Assembly (NCBI GenBank): GCA_035457825.1
Contig: DATIAY010000096.1
Location: forward strand, 3,683-67,682
DNA: 64,000 nt
DNA from: Candidatus Methylomirabilota bacterium
Lineage (GTDB): Bacteria > Methylomirabilota > Methylomirabilia > Rokubacteriales > CSP1-6
Direction: 5' to 3'
Shown: positions 49,796 through 60,450 of the stretch, in pieces
How positions within the stretch are numbered: position 1 is the stretch's first letter
Layout: the number at the start of each line of letters is the position of its first letter
The notes under the pieces: generated by a model
Told to the model about the DNA's origin: nothing
Seen by the model: the letters and a program-made list of their open reading frames with translations, nothing else
Database searches by the model: none
Position numbers and translations under genes: made by a program

Positions 49796-50995
49796 TCAGT
49801 CGAGGCGAGCGCCGGCGTCGATCCAGCGGCCGAGGAGCTGCCGCTCCTCGTCCGTCATGGCGGTCTTGTTGCCGGGCGGCATCGTCGGGGTCGTGACGGT
49901 CCGCAGCTTGATGATCTCCGCGCGCTGGCGAAGGCTGTCGGGGGCGTCGAAGGTCACGCCGTTGGGGGCGGTGCGGAACACGTCGTCGGTGGGGCGCGCG
50001 GAGTGGCAGCTCGCGCAGCGCAGGTGGACGATGCCGCGCGCCACCGAGAACGGCACGGCGGGCGTGAGACCAGCCCCGGGCGGCCCCGGCGGCCGGGTCG
50101 GCCAGGAGAGGTAGAGGAGCGTCAGGAACGAGGCGGCCACGGGCGCCCACGTCCAGTGGGCCGGCCGGCGGTGCTCCAGCGTGATCATGACGTGGCGGAT
50201 CCCGCCCCCGACCACAATCATCAGGGCCAAAATGAGCCAGTTCAGCCGGTGGCCGTAGAGGCTCGGGTAGTGATTGCTCACCATCATGAAGATCACGGGG
50301 AAGGTCATGTAGCTGTTGTGCGCAGAGCGACGCTTGGCGTGCTGGCCGAGGCTCCAGTCCGGAGGGCGGCCGGCCCGGGTCGCGGCGATCATCTCCCGCT
50401 GAGCGGGCACGATGTGCATCCAGACGTTGGCGACCATCAGCGTGCCCAGCATCGCGCCGACGTGCAGGAAGGCGGCGCGGCCACTGAGCAGGCGCGTGGC
50501 GGCCCAGCCCGCGCCGACCAGGAGGAGATAGGAGAGCGCCGTCGCCGCGGCCGGGTGCTCGCGCGCGAGCGCCGAGCGCCAGAGCGGGTCGTAGACCAGC
50601 CAGCCGAGCACGAGCAGGCCGAGCCCGATGGCGGTCGCTGAGGCCGGCCCGGGGTGGCCCGGGCTGGGATCGACGAGGAACACGCCGCCGGTCAGGTAGT
50701 AGACGACAACGAGCAGGAGCACGCCGCTGATCCCGGTCAGCGCGGCCTCCCAGCGGAACCAGTGCAGGACCGGCGGCAACTCGCCGGGGCCGAGCCGTAG
50801 CTTCTCGACGCGATAAAAGCCGCCGCTGTGCACCATCCACAGCTCACCGTCCAGGCCGGGCCGCGCCGCCACCGGGGGCTCCAGCGCGGCATCGAGCCAC
50901 ATGAAGTAAAGCGAGGTGCCGATCCAGGCGATGGCCACCACGAGGTGGAACCAGCGCAGCGCGAGGTTGAGCCACTCCAGCAGGAAGGCGTCCAC
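49796..50995 (-). CDS. puuD: PuuD-type integral-membrane cytochrome c urate hydroxylase (predicted)
   Basis: EWLNLALRWFHLVVAIAWIGTSLYFMWLD...GELWMVHSGGFY...LHWFRWEA polytopic domain, plus a C-terminal CASCH haem c motif. The GTG at 50995 lies 2 nt after the permease stop. Confidence 0.75.
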   Translation of the reverse strand: MDAFLLEWLNLALRWFHLVVAIAWIGTSLYFMWLDAALEPPVAARPGLDGELWMVHSGGFYRVEKLRLGPGELPPVLHWFRWEAALTGISGVLLLVVVYYLTGGVFLVDPSPGHPGPASATAIGLGLLVLGWLVYDPLWRSALAREHPAAATALSYLLLVGAGWAATRLLSGRAAFLHVGAMLGTLMVANVWMHIVPAQREMIAATRAGRPPDWSLGQHAKRRSAHNSYMTFPVIFMMVSNHYPSLYGHRLNWLILALMIVVGGGIRHVMITLEHRRPAHWTWAPVAASFLTLLYLSWPTRPPGPPGAGLTPAVPFSVARGIVHLRCASCHSARPTDDVFRTAPNGVTFDAPDSLRQRAEIIKLRTVTTPTMPPGNKTAMTDEERQLLGRWIDAGARLD

Positions 50996-50997
50996 GG

Positions 50998-51756
50998 CTA
51001 CTCGGCGTAGGCCCAGGCCGTCATCCGTCGCTCCACGACCGCGAAGATCCCGTAGAGCACGACGCCCAGAATCGCCAGCACGAAGAGCCCGCAGAAGGCC
51101 AGCCGGGTGTTGAAGTCCGAGGCGGCCACGGCCATGAGATAACCGATGCCCGCGTTCGAGGCCACCGTCTCCGAGATCACGGAGCCGACGAAGGCCGAGG
51201 ACACGGCGACCTTGAGGGAGGCGAAGAAGAGCGGCATGGTGCGGGGGACACCCACCTTGCGGAAGATCTGCCAGCGCGAGGCGCCCAGCGCCCGCAGCAC
51301 GTCGCGCAGCTCCACCTCCAGGGTGGCCAGCCCCACCGCCACGTTGACGGCCACCGGAAAGAAGGCGAGCAGGAAGGCCGTGAGAACGGCGGGCACCGCC
51401 CCCACGCCGAACCACATCACCAGCAGCGGCACCACGGCGGCCTTGGGGATGGAGTTGAACCCGACCAGCAAGGGGTAGAGGGCGTCGTGGAACAGGGAGA
51501 AGGCGCCGATGGCGAATCCCAGCAGCAGTCCCAACGCCACTGCCACGCCGAAGCCGATGAGGGTGGTCACCAGCGTGTGGCGCGCGTGGTAGGCGATGGG
51601 GCCAGCAGTCTGCACCATGGTCAGCGCGATCCCGCTCGGCGGGGGCAGCACGATCTGCTGGATGCCGAGCAGCGGCACCGCGGCCTCCCAGACCACGACC
51701 AGCAACACGAACACCCCCAGGGGCAGCGCGAATCGGCGGGCCGGCCAGGCGCTCAT
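50998..51756 (-). CDS. ABC transporter permease (NitT/TauT family)
   Basis: Six TM segments. EAA-like loop LRALGASRWQIFRKVGVPRTMP. Confidence 0.9.
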   Translation of the reverse strand: MSAWPARRFALPLGVFVLLVVVWEAAVPLLGIQQIVLPPPSGIALTMVQTAGPIAYHARHTLVTTLIGFGVAVALGLLLGFAIGAFSLFHDALYPLLVGFNSIPKAAVVPLLVMWFGVGAVPAVLTAFLLAFFPVAVNVAVGLATLEVELRDVLRALGASRWQIFRKVGVPRTMPLFFASLKVAVSSAFVGSVISETVASNAGIGYLMAVAASDFNTRLAFCGLFVLAILGVVLYGIFAVVERRMTAWAYAE

Positions 51757-52538
51757 GCCAGGGCCCGCGGGGGCCGGATCTCGGCGCGCATCTGGCCGAT
51801 CAGCTCGGTGGCGGTGTGGCCGTAGACGTCGGCCTGGACGCGAGGCCGGGGCAGGGCGACCTCGTGCACGTGACCGATGCGCCCCGGATCGCTCGCCATC
51901 ACGTAGATCGTGTCGGCCACGAACACAGCCTCGCGCAGGTCATGGGTGACCAGCACGCTCGTGAACCTTTGCTCCGTCCGCAGGGCCTGGTGCAGCTCCC
52001 ACATCTCCTCGCGCGTGAAGGCGTCGAGCGCGGCGAAGGGCTCGTCGAGCAGGAGCAGCTCGGGCTCGTGGATGAGGGCGCGACACAGGCTCACCCGCTG
52101 CCGCATGCCGCCCGACAGCTCGCGGGGCTGCTTGCTCTCGGCGCCGGCCAGCCCCACCGTGCGCAGGAGATCGAGCGCGCGCTTGCGCCACTGCGCCCGG
52201 TCCACGGCGCGGCGGTCCCCGTTTTCGCGAAGGATCTCCAGGGGCAGATAGAGGTTGTCGAGCACCGAACGCCAGGGCAGGAGCACCGGGTTCTGGAAGG
52301 CCATGCCGACGTTCTTGAGCGGGGCCACCACCGGCCGGCCGTCGACGGTGACGACGCCACGGGTCGCCGTGACCAGACCGGCGATGAGCTTGAGCAGCGT
52401 GGACTTGCCGCAGCCGCTAGCCCCCACGAAGGCCACGCTGGCCCCCCGGTCCACCCGGAGCGAGACTTCCTGGACCGCGCGCGTCCGGCGGCCCGTGGTG
52501 ACGTATTCGAACCCGACGTCGCGCAGCTCGATCATCAC
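51753..52538 (-). CDS. ABC transporter ATP-binding protein (NitT/TauT family)
   Basis: GASGCGKSTLL, LSGGMRQRV, LLLDEPF. Confidence 0.9.
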   Translation of the reverse strand: MMIELRDVGFEYVTTGRRTRAVQEVSLRVDRGASVAFVGASGCGKSTLLKLIAGLVTATRGVVTVDGRPVVAPLKNVGMAFQNPVLLPWRSVLDNLYLPLEILRENGDRRAVDRAQWRKRALDLLRTVGLAGAESKQPRELSGGMRQRVSLCRALIHEPELLLLDEPFAALDAFTREEMWELHQALRTEQRFTSVLVTHDLREAVFVADTIYVMASDPGRIGHVHEVALPRPRVQADVYGHTATELIGQMRAEIRPPRALA

Positions 52539-52561
52539 GCCGGGCGCGGGGCCCGTGGCCC

Positions 52562-53599
52562 TCAGTCCAGACGGCGCACGGCGGCGGGGGGCAGGTAGGC
52601 GCCGGAGAAGACCTGCTCGACCGTTGGCTTGGCCGGCAACTCGAAGGCCTGCACGACCTGGTCGATCGCCCGCTGCATGCGGGCGGCGTCGATGGCGCCC
52701 AGACCGTTGCGCCGCACCTCGTCGTTGACCATGTTGGCGGTGATGGCGAGCCGCAGGCGCTTGAGCTCGGTGGCCTCGTTGGCGAGCGGCTCGGCCGTCT
52801 TGATATGGGCGATGGCGGTCTCCGGGTCCTTCAACGCCACCCGGAACCCCTGGGTGAGGGCGGCCAGGAACTTGCGCACCGTCGGCTCGTTCTTCTTGAG
52901 CCAGTCGGCCCGGACAACGACGGCGTTGCCATAGAGGTCGATCCCGTAGTCGCTGTACTTGAAGGCCACGACCTCGCTTTCGGGGACCTTGAGATTCTCG
53001 GTGAGGTTCAGGTAGCCCGTGAAGAAGAAGCCGGAGATCGCCTTCACGTCGCCCTTGACCAGGGCCGGTTCCCGAAGCGGCGGCGCCATGTTCGTCCAGG
53101 TCACGCTGTCGACGGGCACGCCGGCATTCTTGGCGAAGATCGGCCAGAGCCGGCGGGGCGCATCCCCGGCGGGCGCGCCGATGCTGGCCCCCTTGAGATC
53201 GCCGGGCTTGGCGATGCCGTAGCGCTTGAGCGAGAGCAGCGCGAAGGGCGGCGTATTCAGGATGATGTAGACGGCGATGAGCGGTTGCTGCGGGTTCTTG
53301 ACGTTGTACTCGATCATCGAGTTGATGTCGCCGTACCCCATGTCGTAGGTCCCGGTGGCCACCTGCTCGATGGTCTTCTGCGAGCCGCTACCCCGGTCGA
53401 TGGTGACCTCGAGGCCCTGGGAGGCGAACGCACCCATGGCCTTGGCCGAGATGAAGGGGGCCTGCGGCCCCTGGATCTGCCAGTCGAGCGCGAACTTCAC
53501 CCGGGTCTGGGCGGGGACGGGCGTGGCCCCGATGACCAGCGTGAGAGCCAGGGCCACAAAGGATGTCAGACACTGCCGTAGCGCGCTGCCCATGGTCAT
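52562..53599 (-). CDS. ABC transporter substrate-binding protein (NMT1/THI5-like, SsuA/TauA type)
   Basis: A signal peptide followed by the typical KFALDW...G...AKAMGAF layout. It is the first gene of the transporter operon. Confidence 0.85.
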   Translation of the reverse strand: MTMGSALRQCLTSFVALALTLVIGATPVPAQTRVKFALDWQIQGPQAPFISAKAMGAFASQGLEVTIDRGSGSQKTIEQVATGTYDMGYGDINSMIEYNVKNPQQPLIAVYIILNTPPFALLSLKRYGIAKPGDLKGASIGAPAGDAPRRLWPIFAKNAGVPVDSVTWTNMAPPLREPALVKGDVKAISGFFFTGYLNLTENLKVPESEVVAFKYSDYGIDLYGNAVVVRADWLKKNEPTVRKFLAALTQGFRVALKDPETAIAHIKTAEPLANEATELKRLRLAITANMVNDEVRRNGLGAIDAARMQRAIDQVVQAFELPAKPTVEQVFSGAYLPPAAVRRLD

Positions 53600-53695
53600 G
53601 GTGGGTCTCCCTTCCCGTCGATCCGGCGCCTACGTTAGGGGCCCTGGCTTCTGTCGTCAACCGGGTTCCGCGCCGGTCGGCCGCCGCCGTTCCCC

Positions 53696-53701
53696 TATAA
53701 T
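53696..53701 (+). promoter_or_regulatory. Perfect TATAAT -10 box only 10 nt upstream of the xdh-family ATG
   Basis: cccc-TATAAT-cgcgcctgtt-ATG. No convincing -35 and no SD. Confidence 0.3.
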
Positions 53702-53711
53702 CGCGCCTGTT

Positions 53712-55889
53712 ATGACGACCATCGGTGCTCCCCTCCGGCGCAAGGAGGGTCTCGCCAAGGTGACTGGCCGCGCGGTCTACCTGGACGACATCACCCGGCC
53801 CGGCCTGCTGTGGGGTCGCACCGTGCGCGCGGACGTTCCCGGCGGTCGGCTCGAGCGGATCGACTTCGCACCTGGACCCCCGTGGGACGAGATCGTCGTG
53901 GTAACCGCGCGCGACATCCCTGGCCGCAACGTCGTGCCCCTCATCGCTGACGACCAGCCGTGCCTGGTGGCGCGGGATATCCAGCATCGCGAAGAGCCCG
54001 TGGTACTGCTGGCCCACGCCGATCGGCAGGTACTGGCGCGCGCCGTGGCCGCGATACGGCTCGTCGTCACCCCGGCGCCGGCGGTGCTGAGCCTGGCCGC
54101 GGCCACCGACGTGCTCTCCGAGCTGACCCTCGAGCGCGGAGACCTCGCCGCGGGCCTGGCCGGGGCCGACCTGGTGGTAGACGGGACCTACGAGACCGGC
54201 GCTCAGGAGCATCTGTACATCGAGCCGCAGGCGATGCTGGCCGAGGTCGGCGAGGACGGCGCCCTCACGGTGTGGGGATCGCTCCAGTGCCCATACTACG
54301 TGCGGCCCGCCGTCGCCACCGTGCTGGGACTGCCCGAGGACCGGGTGCGGGTGATCCAGACCACGACGGGGGGTGGCTTCGGCGGCAAGGAGGAATACCC
54401 GTCGATGATCGCCTGTCACGCGGCCCTGCTCGCCGTCAAGGCGCGCCGTCCGGTCAAGATCGTCTACGAGCGCGGCGAGGACATGCGGGCGACGACGAAG
54501 CGGCATCCCTCGCGCACCCGTCACCGCGTCGGCGTCAGCCGGGACGGCCGGCTGCTGGCCCTGGAGACGGAGTTCGTGCTCGACGGCGGCGCCTATCTCA
54601 CCCTGAGCCCGGTCGTGCTCTCCCGCGGGGTGATCCACGCGCCGGGCCCCTACCGCTGGCCGAATCTGAGAATCCGCGGCCGGGTGATGCGCACGAGCTA
54701 CCCGCCGCACGGCGCCTTTCGCGGCTTCGGCGCGCCACAGGCGATCTTTGCCCTCGAGGTCCACCTCGATCGGGTCGCCCGGGCGCTGGGAATCGACCCG
54801 GTGGAGCTACGCCGGCGCAACCTGCTCCGGCCCGGTGACGTCATGGCCACCGGCCAGCCGGTGGAGCCGGGTGTCGACCCCCTCGCCGTGCTGGATCGGG
54901 CGCTCGACGCCAGCGGATTCGCGGCCCGCCGGGCGGCCTGCGATGCGAGTAACACCGGAGTCTCTGCCGTGAAGCGCGGCGTGGGGCTTGCCACCTTCTT
55001 CCACGGCGCCGGCTTCACCGGCGCGGGGGAGAGCAAGCTCGCCTCGGAGGCGGCGCTGCGGCTGGGCGCCGATGGCCGCGTCGAGATCCTGGCCTCCAGC
55101 GCCGAGATCGGTCAGGGCGCGGCCACCACGCACGCCCAGATCGTGAGCGAAGCGCTGAGTGTGCCATACGAGATGGTCTCTCCGGCCGTCGTGGATACGG
55201 CGGTGGTTCCCAACAGCGGACCGACGGTCGCCTCACGCACGGTGATGGTGGTCGGCGGCCTCCTCGCGCAGGCGGCGCGCGAGATGGTGGACCGCCTGCG
55301 CGCTCAGGCCGGGCTGCCACGCCCCCACACGCCCGCGGACTTCGCGGTGGCGGCTCGCGCGTATACCGACGCCCACGGCCCCCTCCTCACCCGGGCTCGC
55401 TACAGCGCTCCTGCCGGCTGGCAATGGGACGAACGAACGCTCACCGGCGAGGCATATGCGGCCTATGCCTGGGCCTGTTACGTGGCAGAAGTCGCCGTCG
55501 ACACCCGTACGGGAGAGACCGAGGTCACCGATTTCGTCGCCGTGCAGGACGTCGGCCGCGTCGTCAATCCGGTGACGGCGCGCGGCCAGGTCCACGGCGG
55601 CGTCTGCCAGGGCCTCGGCTTCGCCCTCTACGAAGACGTCGTGTGGCAAGAGGGCGGCATGGCCAACGCGCGGATGACCAACTACATCGTGCCCACGAGC
55701 GCCGACACCCCGCCGATCGCCGTCGTGTTTTGCCAGGGGGAGGCGTCCCCGTCCAAGGGTCTGGGCGAGCTTCCCATGGACGGCACGGCGCCAGCCGTGG
55801 TGAACGCCCTCAACGCGGCGCTCGGCGCAGAGATCGCGCGAATCCCGGCCCTGCCCGAGCGCGTGCTGCAGGCGACGCTCCCGGCATGA
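53712..55889 (+). CDS. Xanthine dehydrogenase family protein, molybdopterin-binding (large) subunit
   Basis: [23 protein letters not shown] (a/b hammerhead), GGGFGGKE, and a [12 protein letters not shown]-type segment. 725 aa. Confidence 0.9.
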   Translation: MTTIGAPLRRKEGLAKVTGRAVYLDDITRPGLLWGRTVRADVPGGRLERIDFAPGPPWDEIVVVTARDIPGRNVVPLIADDQPCLVARDIQHREEPVVLLAHADRQVLARAVAAIRLVVTPAPAVLSLAAATDVLSELTLERGDLAAGLAGADLVVDGTYETGAQEHLYIEPQAMLAEVGEDGALTVWGSLQCPYYVRPAVATVLGLPEDRVRVIQTTTGGGFGGKEEYPSMIACHAALLAVKARRPVKIVYERGEDMRATTKRHPSRTRHRVGVSRDGRLLALETEFVLDGGAYLTLSPVVLSRGVIHAPGPYRWPNLRIRGRVMRTSYPPHGAFRGFGAPQAIFALEVHLDRVARALGIDPVELRRRNLLRPGDVMATGQPVEPGVDPLAVLDRALDASGFAARRAACDASNTGVSAVKRGVGLATFFHGAGFTGAGESKLASEAALRLGADGRVEILASSAEIGQGAATTHAQIVSEALSVPYEMVSPAVVDTAVVPNSGPTVASRTVMVVGGLLAQAAREMVDRLRAQAGLPRPHTPADFAVAARAYTDAHGPLLTRARYSAPAGWQWDERTLTGEAYAAYAWACYVAEVAVDTRTGETEVTDFVAVQDVGRVVNPVTARGQVHGGVCQGLGFALYEDVVWQEGGMANARMTNYIVPTSADTPPIAVVFCQGEASPSKGLGELPMDGTAPAVVNALNAALGAEIARIPALPERVLQATLPA

Positions 55890-56356
55890 TCGTGCTGGAC
55901 CTCACGATCAACGGTCGCTTGGTGCGCGTCCAGGTCGCGCCGCTCACCCGGCTCCTCGACTTCCTACGCGAGCACCAGAAGCTCACCGGGACGAAGGAGG
56001 GGTGCGGCGAGGGCGAGTGCGGCGCTTGCACGGTTCTCGTCGACGGTCTGCCCGTCGTGAGCTGTCTCGTGCCGATGGGCCAGCTCGATGGCGCCGCCGT
56101 CACGACGGTCGAGGGGCTCACGGCGGTGGGAGATCCAGGGCTGCAGCGCCTGCAGGAGGCTCTGCTCGATGCAGGCGGCACCCAGTGCGGGATCTGCACG
56201 CCGGGCATCGTCGTCACCGCCCATGCCCTGCTGGACGCCAGGTCCCGGCCCACGCTCGAGGAGATCCGCGACGCGCTGGCCGGCAACATCTGCCGCTGCA
56301 CCGGCTACACCGCCATCTACGAGGCCGTGCGCCGCGCGGCGGAGCCAGTCCCGTGA
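55886..56356 (+). CDS. (2Fe-2S)-binding small subunit of the molybdenum hydroxylase
   Basis: [12 protein letters not shown] and QCGICTPG...CRCTGY cluster motifs. ATGA overlap. Confidence 0.9.
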   Translation: MIVLDLTINGRLVRVQVAPLTRLLDFLREHQKLTGTKEGCGEGECGACTVLVDGLPVVSCLVPMGQLDGAAVTTVEGLTAVGDPGLQRLQEALLDAGGTQCGICTPGIVVTAHALLDARSRPTLEEIRDALAGNICRCTGYTAIYEAVRRAAEPVP

Positions 56357-57207
56357 CCTCGCCCGTCCGCTGGACGCGGCCACAGAGCTTGCGCCACGCG
56401 CTGCAGGTGATGGCCGCGGAGCCCTCGGTGGTTCCGATCGCGGGCGGGACCGACCTCATGGTCCTGCTCGCCCTTGGTGACCTTCGCGCCGGGCACCTGC
56501 TGGACCTCTGGCCGCTCGGGGAGCTGCGGGGCATCGACGCGGCGCCAGATCAGACGGTGATCGGGGCGCTGACCACGTACCGGGAGCTCGCCACGCACCC
56601 CGCGGTCGTCGAACGTCACCCGGCCCTCGTCCAGGCAGCGCGTCTGAGTGGCGCCTGGGCCATCCAGAACCGGGGCACGCTCGGAGGCAATCTCGCCAAC
56701 GCCTCGCCGGCCGCCGACTCACCGCCGGCGCTGCTCGCTTACGGGGCGAGGCTGGAGCTTGTGAGCGTGCGCGGCTCGCGTTGGGTGGACTACGCGGACT
56801 TCCATCTCGGTTACAAGCGCACCGCCCGGGCCGGGGACGAACTCATCGCCCGGATCGCGCTGGCCCAGCCACCCGGGCCGGCCACGCACTTCTACCGGAA
56901 GGTGGGAACCCGCAAGGCCCAGGCGATCAGCAAGGTGTGCCTGGCCGGTCTGGCGCCCCTGAGTGACGGCCGGCTCGGCGATGTGCGGCTCGCGCTCGGC
57001 GCGGTGGCGCCGACGGTCGTGCTGGCGCGGCAGACCGCGGCCTACCTCAACGGCAGGCGGGTGCCGGAGATCGACCGGGTGGCGGCCCGAGCGATCCTCG
57101 AAGCCGAGATCGCGCCCATCGACGACCTTCGCTCGTCGGCGTGGTACCGGCGGCGGGTGGCCGGAAACCTCTTCGAGCAATTCCTCGACGCGATTCAGCA
57201 CCGTTGA
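56353..57207 (+). CDS. FAD-binding (medium, CoxM/XdhB-like) subunit of the molybdenum hydroxylase
   Basis: [43 protein letters not shown] overlap. Confidence 0.9.
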   Translation: MTSPVRWTRPQSLRHALQVMAAEPSVVPIAGGTDLMVLLALGDLRAGHLLDLWPLGELRGIDAAPDQTVIGALTTYRELATHPAVVERHPALVQAARLSGAWAIQNRGTLGGNLANASPAADSPPALLAYGARLELVSVRGSRWVDYADFHLGYKRTARAGDELIARIALAQPPGPATHFYRKVGTRKAQAISKVCLAGLAPLSDGRLGDVRLALGAVAPTVVLARQTAAYLNGRRVPEIDRVAARAILEAEIAPIDDLRSSAWYRRRVAGNLFEQFLDAIQHR

Positions 57208-57341
57208 GACAGCGACGGTAGTGGCACCTCGCGCGAATGGGGAGGTCTGGAGGGGGCGGTCTCCGCCCGGGGCACCGTTGAGACAGCGACGGTAGTGGCA
57301 CCTCGCGCGAATGGGGAGGTCTGGAGGGGGCGGTCTCCGCC
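57198..57341 (+). repeat. Tandem direct duplication: two 70-nt identical units, 74-bp period
   Basis: GCACCGTTGAGACAGCGACGGTAGTGGCACCTCGCGCGAATGGGGAGGTCTGGAGGGGGCGGTCTCCGCC occurs at 57198-57267 and at 57272-57341. Unit 1 contains the last codons and the TGA of the preceding gene. Confidence 0.9.
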
Positions 57342-57349
57342 CCCTCCAG
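57321..57349. terminator. 13-bp perfect GC hairpin, likely bidirectional terminator between convergent operons
   Basis: CTGGAGGGGGCGG-TCT-CCGCCCCCTCCAG. It starts directly after the minus-strand TAG at 57350-57352. There is no U-tract. Confidence 0.55.
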
Positions 57350-57532
57350 CTAATGATCAGTCTCGTGATCATCCGCTAGCGTGGCCAGCAGCCTGGCCAA
57401 CCGGGGGTCACCATCGCCGGGCGGCCGCCAGTCCACGTGGACCACGGGCACCTCGAGTGAGAGGAGAGTGGTGGCGAACAGCTCGAGGCCGACGCTGACG
57501 ACCCCCGGGGGCCGGGCGAGCAGGTCGCGCAC
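57350..57532 (-). CDS. 60-codon ORF homologous only to the N-terminal segment of DUF1116 proteins (stand-alone domain or gene remnant)
   Basis: PPGVVSVGLELFATTLLSLEVPVVHVDWRPPGDGDPRLARLLATL aligns with PPRVLSLGLSIFAAELERLGVSVAHLDWRPPAGADSRLTAALARL of the gene at 38122-39612. GTG start 9 nt after the fdrA stop. Confidence 0.45.
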   Translation of the reverse strand: MRDLLARPPGVVSVGLELFATTLLSLEVPVVHVDWRPPGDGDPRLARLLATLADDHETDH

Positions 57533-57541
57533 GGTCGCGGC

Positions 57542-59041
57542 TCAGGCGCTCGCCGCGCGGGCGAGCCGCGTCGCCAGCCGGGCCGCCTGGGCGTTGGACG
57601 GCATCACGATCACACCGTGAGCGGCGAGCTTCGCCACCTGCGCAGCGCGACCCTGGGGATCGGTCTCCGTCCCTACGACGCTGGCGACGATGGCCAGACC
57701 GCGCCGCTGCCCACGGGCTCGCTCGAGGGCGGGTATCAGCTCACCGGCCGGATCCGGGTGAGCGCCGTAACCGAGGATGACGTCGAGGAGCAACACGGCG
57801 GTGCCCGGGTCGGCGGTCTCTCGAACGATCCACTCGCGACGGACGGTGCCGTCGATCATCGGATGGGGCCGGCCCACGGTGAACATGTCCTCCCCGAGAT
57901 CGACCACGCGGTTCGCGCCGGCCCCGCCGGTCACGTCGGGCGCCACGTCGGGGAGGGCCGCCGCCAGGATAGACCGCGCCTCCCAGGCCAGCGTGCCGCC
58001 GGCATAGACGCCCCGGACGAAGCGCGGCGCCGGGCCGAGGCCGCGCCCGGCTTCGGCTACCAACCGGTCGACCTCGGTGGCCGGCAGCGTGAACTCGGTC
58101 GCCAGCGCCGGTACCTTCCGGGCCCGGGCCACCGCCGCTCGTGCACACTCTTCGAGCGATCCCGAGCCGGACCCGACGAAGTGCACCACGCACGGCTTCC
58201 CGAGCCGCTCGACCTCTCGCGTGAGCCGGGCGGCGACAGCCGGTCCGGGCGGCTTGCCGATCACGCAGATCACCTCGGTGGCCGGATCTTCGGCGAGAAG
58301 CGCCAGGGCCCGCGACATCATGAGTCCCCCGACGGCGTCGCTGAGGTCGCGCCCGCCCACCCCGATCCCGTGTGAGATGCCCTCGCCGTGGCGGGCCACC
58401 AGCGTGCTCACCTCTTGCAGCCCCGTCCCTGACGCCGCCGCGACGCCGATCCGGCCGCGGGGCACGGCGTTGGCGAATCCGAGCGGGATGCCGTCGATGA
58501 GGGCGGTGCCGCAGTCGGGGCCCATCACGATGAGCCCCCGGCTGAGGGCCAGGCGCTTGAGCTCGATCTCAGCTTCGACGGGAACGTTGTCGCTGAAGAG
58601 CATGACGTGGAGCCCGGCCCGCAGCGCCTTCATGGCCTCGGCGGCCGCGTAGAGTCCGGGGACGGAGATGAGAGCCAGGCTGGCGTCGGGGAGCGCGCGA
58701 AGCGCCGAGGCCAGCGTGCGAGGCCGGCGCGGGGAGGCGCCGGGCAACCCTGGCCGGGGTTCGGCCGGACGAGCGCGCAGCGCGGCGAGCACGGCCGCTT
58801 CGGCGCCGCGGGCCGCGGCCTCGTCGGCAGCGGCCACCGCGATCAGGAGGTCGGCCGGGGCCGTGTCCGCGCCCCCTTCGGCCAGGAGACCGGCGTCCGC
58901 GAGCAGGGCTCGGTTCTGGGGGGTCCCCATCATGGCGGCCGCCCGCTCGACGCCGGGCACCGCTTCCATGTCGCGCGTGAGCCGCATGAGCGTCACCGAA
59001 TCGTGGTAGGCGCTCCGCCAGACGAAGTTCCAGACGGGCAT
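57542..59041 (-). CDS. fdrA: FdrA family protein (succinyl-CoA-synthetase-alpha-like)
   Basis: YHDSVTLMRLTRDMEAVPGVERAAAMMGTPQNRALL N-terminus, plus GPDCGTA and CoA-ligase-like Rossmann segments. Confidence 0.85.
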   Translation of the reverse strand: MPVWNFVWRSAYHDSVTLMRLTRDMEAVPGVERAAAMMGTPQNRALLADAGLLAEGGADTAPADLLIAVAAADEAAARGAEAAVLAALRARPAEPRPGLPGASPRRPRTLASALRALPDASLALISVPGLYAAAEAMKALRAGLHVMLFSDNVPVEAEIELKRLALSRGLIVMGPDCGTALIDGIPLGFANAVPRGRIGVAAASGTGLQEVSTLVARHGEGISHGIGVGGRDLSDAVGGLMMSRALALLAEDPATEVICVIGKPPGPAVAARLTREVERLGKPCVVHFVGSGSGSLEECARAAVARARKVPALATEFTLPATEVDRLVAEAGRGLGPAPRFVRGVYAGGTLAWEARSILAAALPDVAPDVTGGAGANRVVDLGEDMFTVGRPHPMIDGTVRREWIVRETADPGTAVLLLDVILGYGAHPDPAGELIPALERARGQRRGLAIVASVVGTETDPQGRAAQVAKLAAHGVIVMPSNAQAARLATRLARAASA

Positions 59042-59076
59042 GGGTCAGAAGGACAAGGCCGCGCCCGCCACCGCGG

Positions 59077-60435
<1,359 letters not shown>

Positions 60436-60450
60436 AATCGCCTCGGAGAG

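Noticed and set aside
57222-57311. Sigma-54-like TGGCAC-N5-GCGAA strings (57222-57237 and 57296-57311) near a sigma-54 activator gene.
   Set aside because: The -12 element lacks the conserved TTGC/GC at the correct spacing. Both copies face a region with no downstream plus-strand gene, and they are simply part of the tandem duplication.
57198-57349. Possible CRISPR or minisatellite.
   Set aside because: There are only two adjacent repeat units, no unique spacers and no cas genes. It is better explained as a single tandem duplication.
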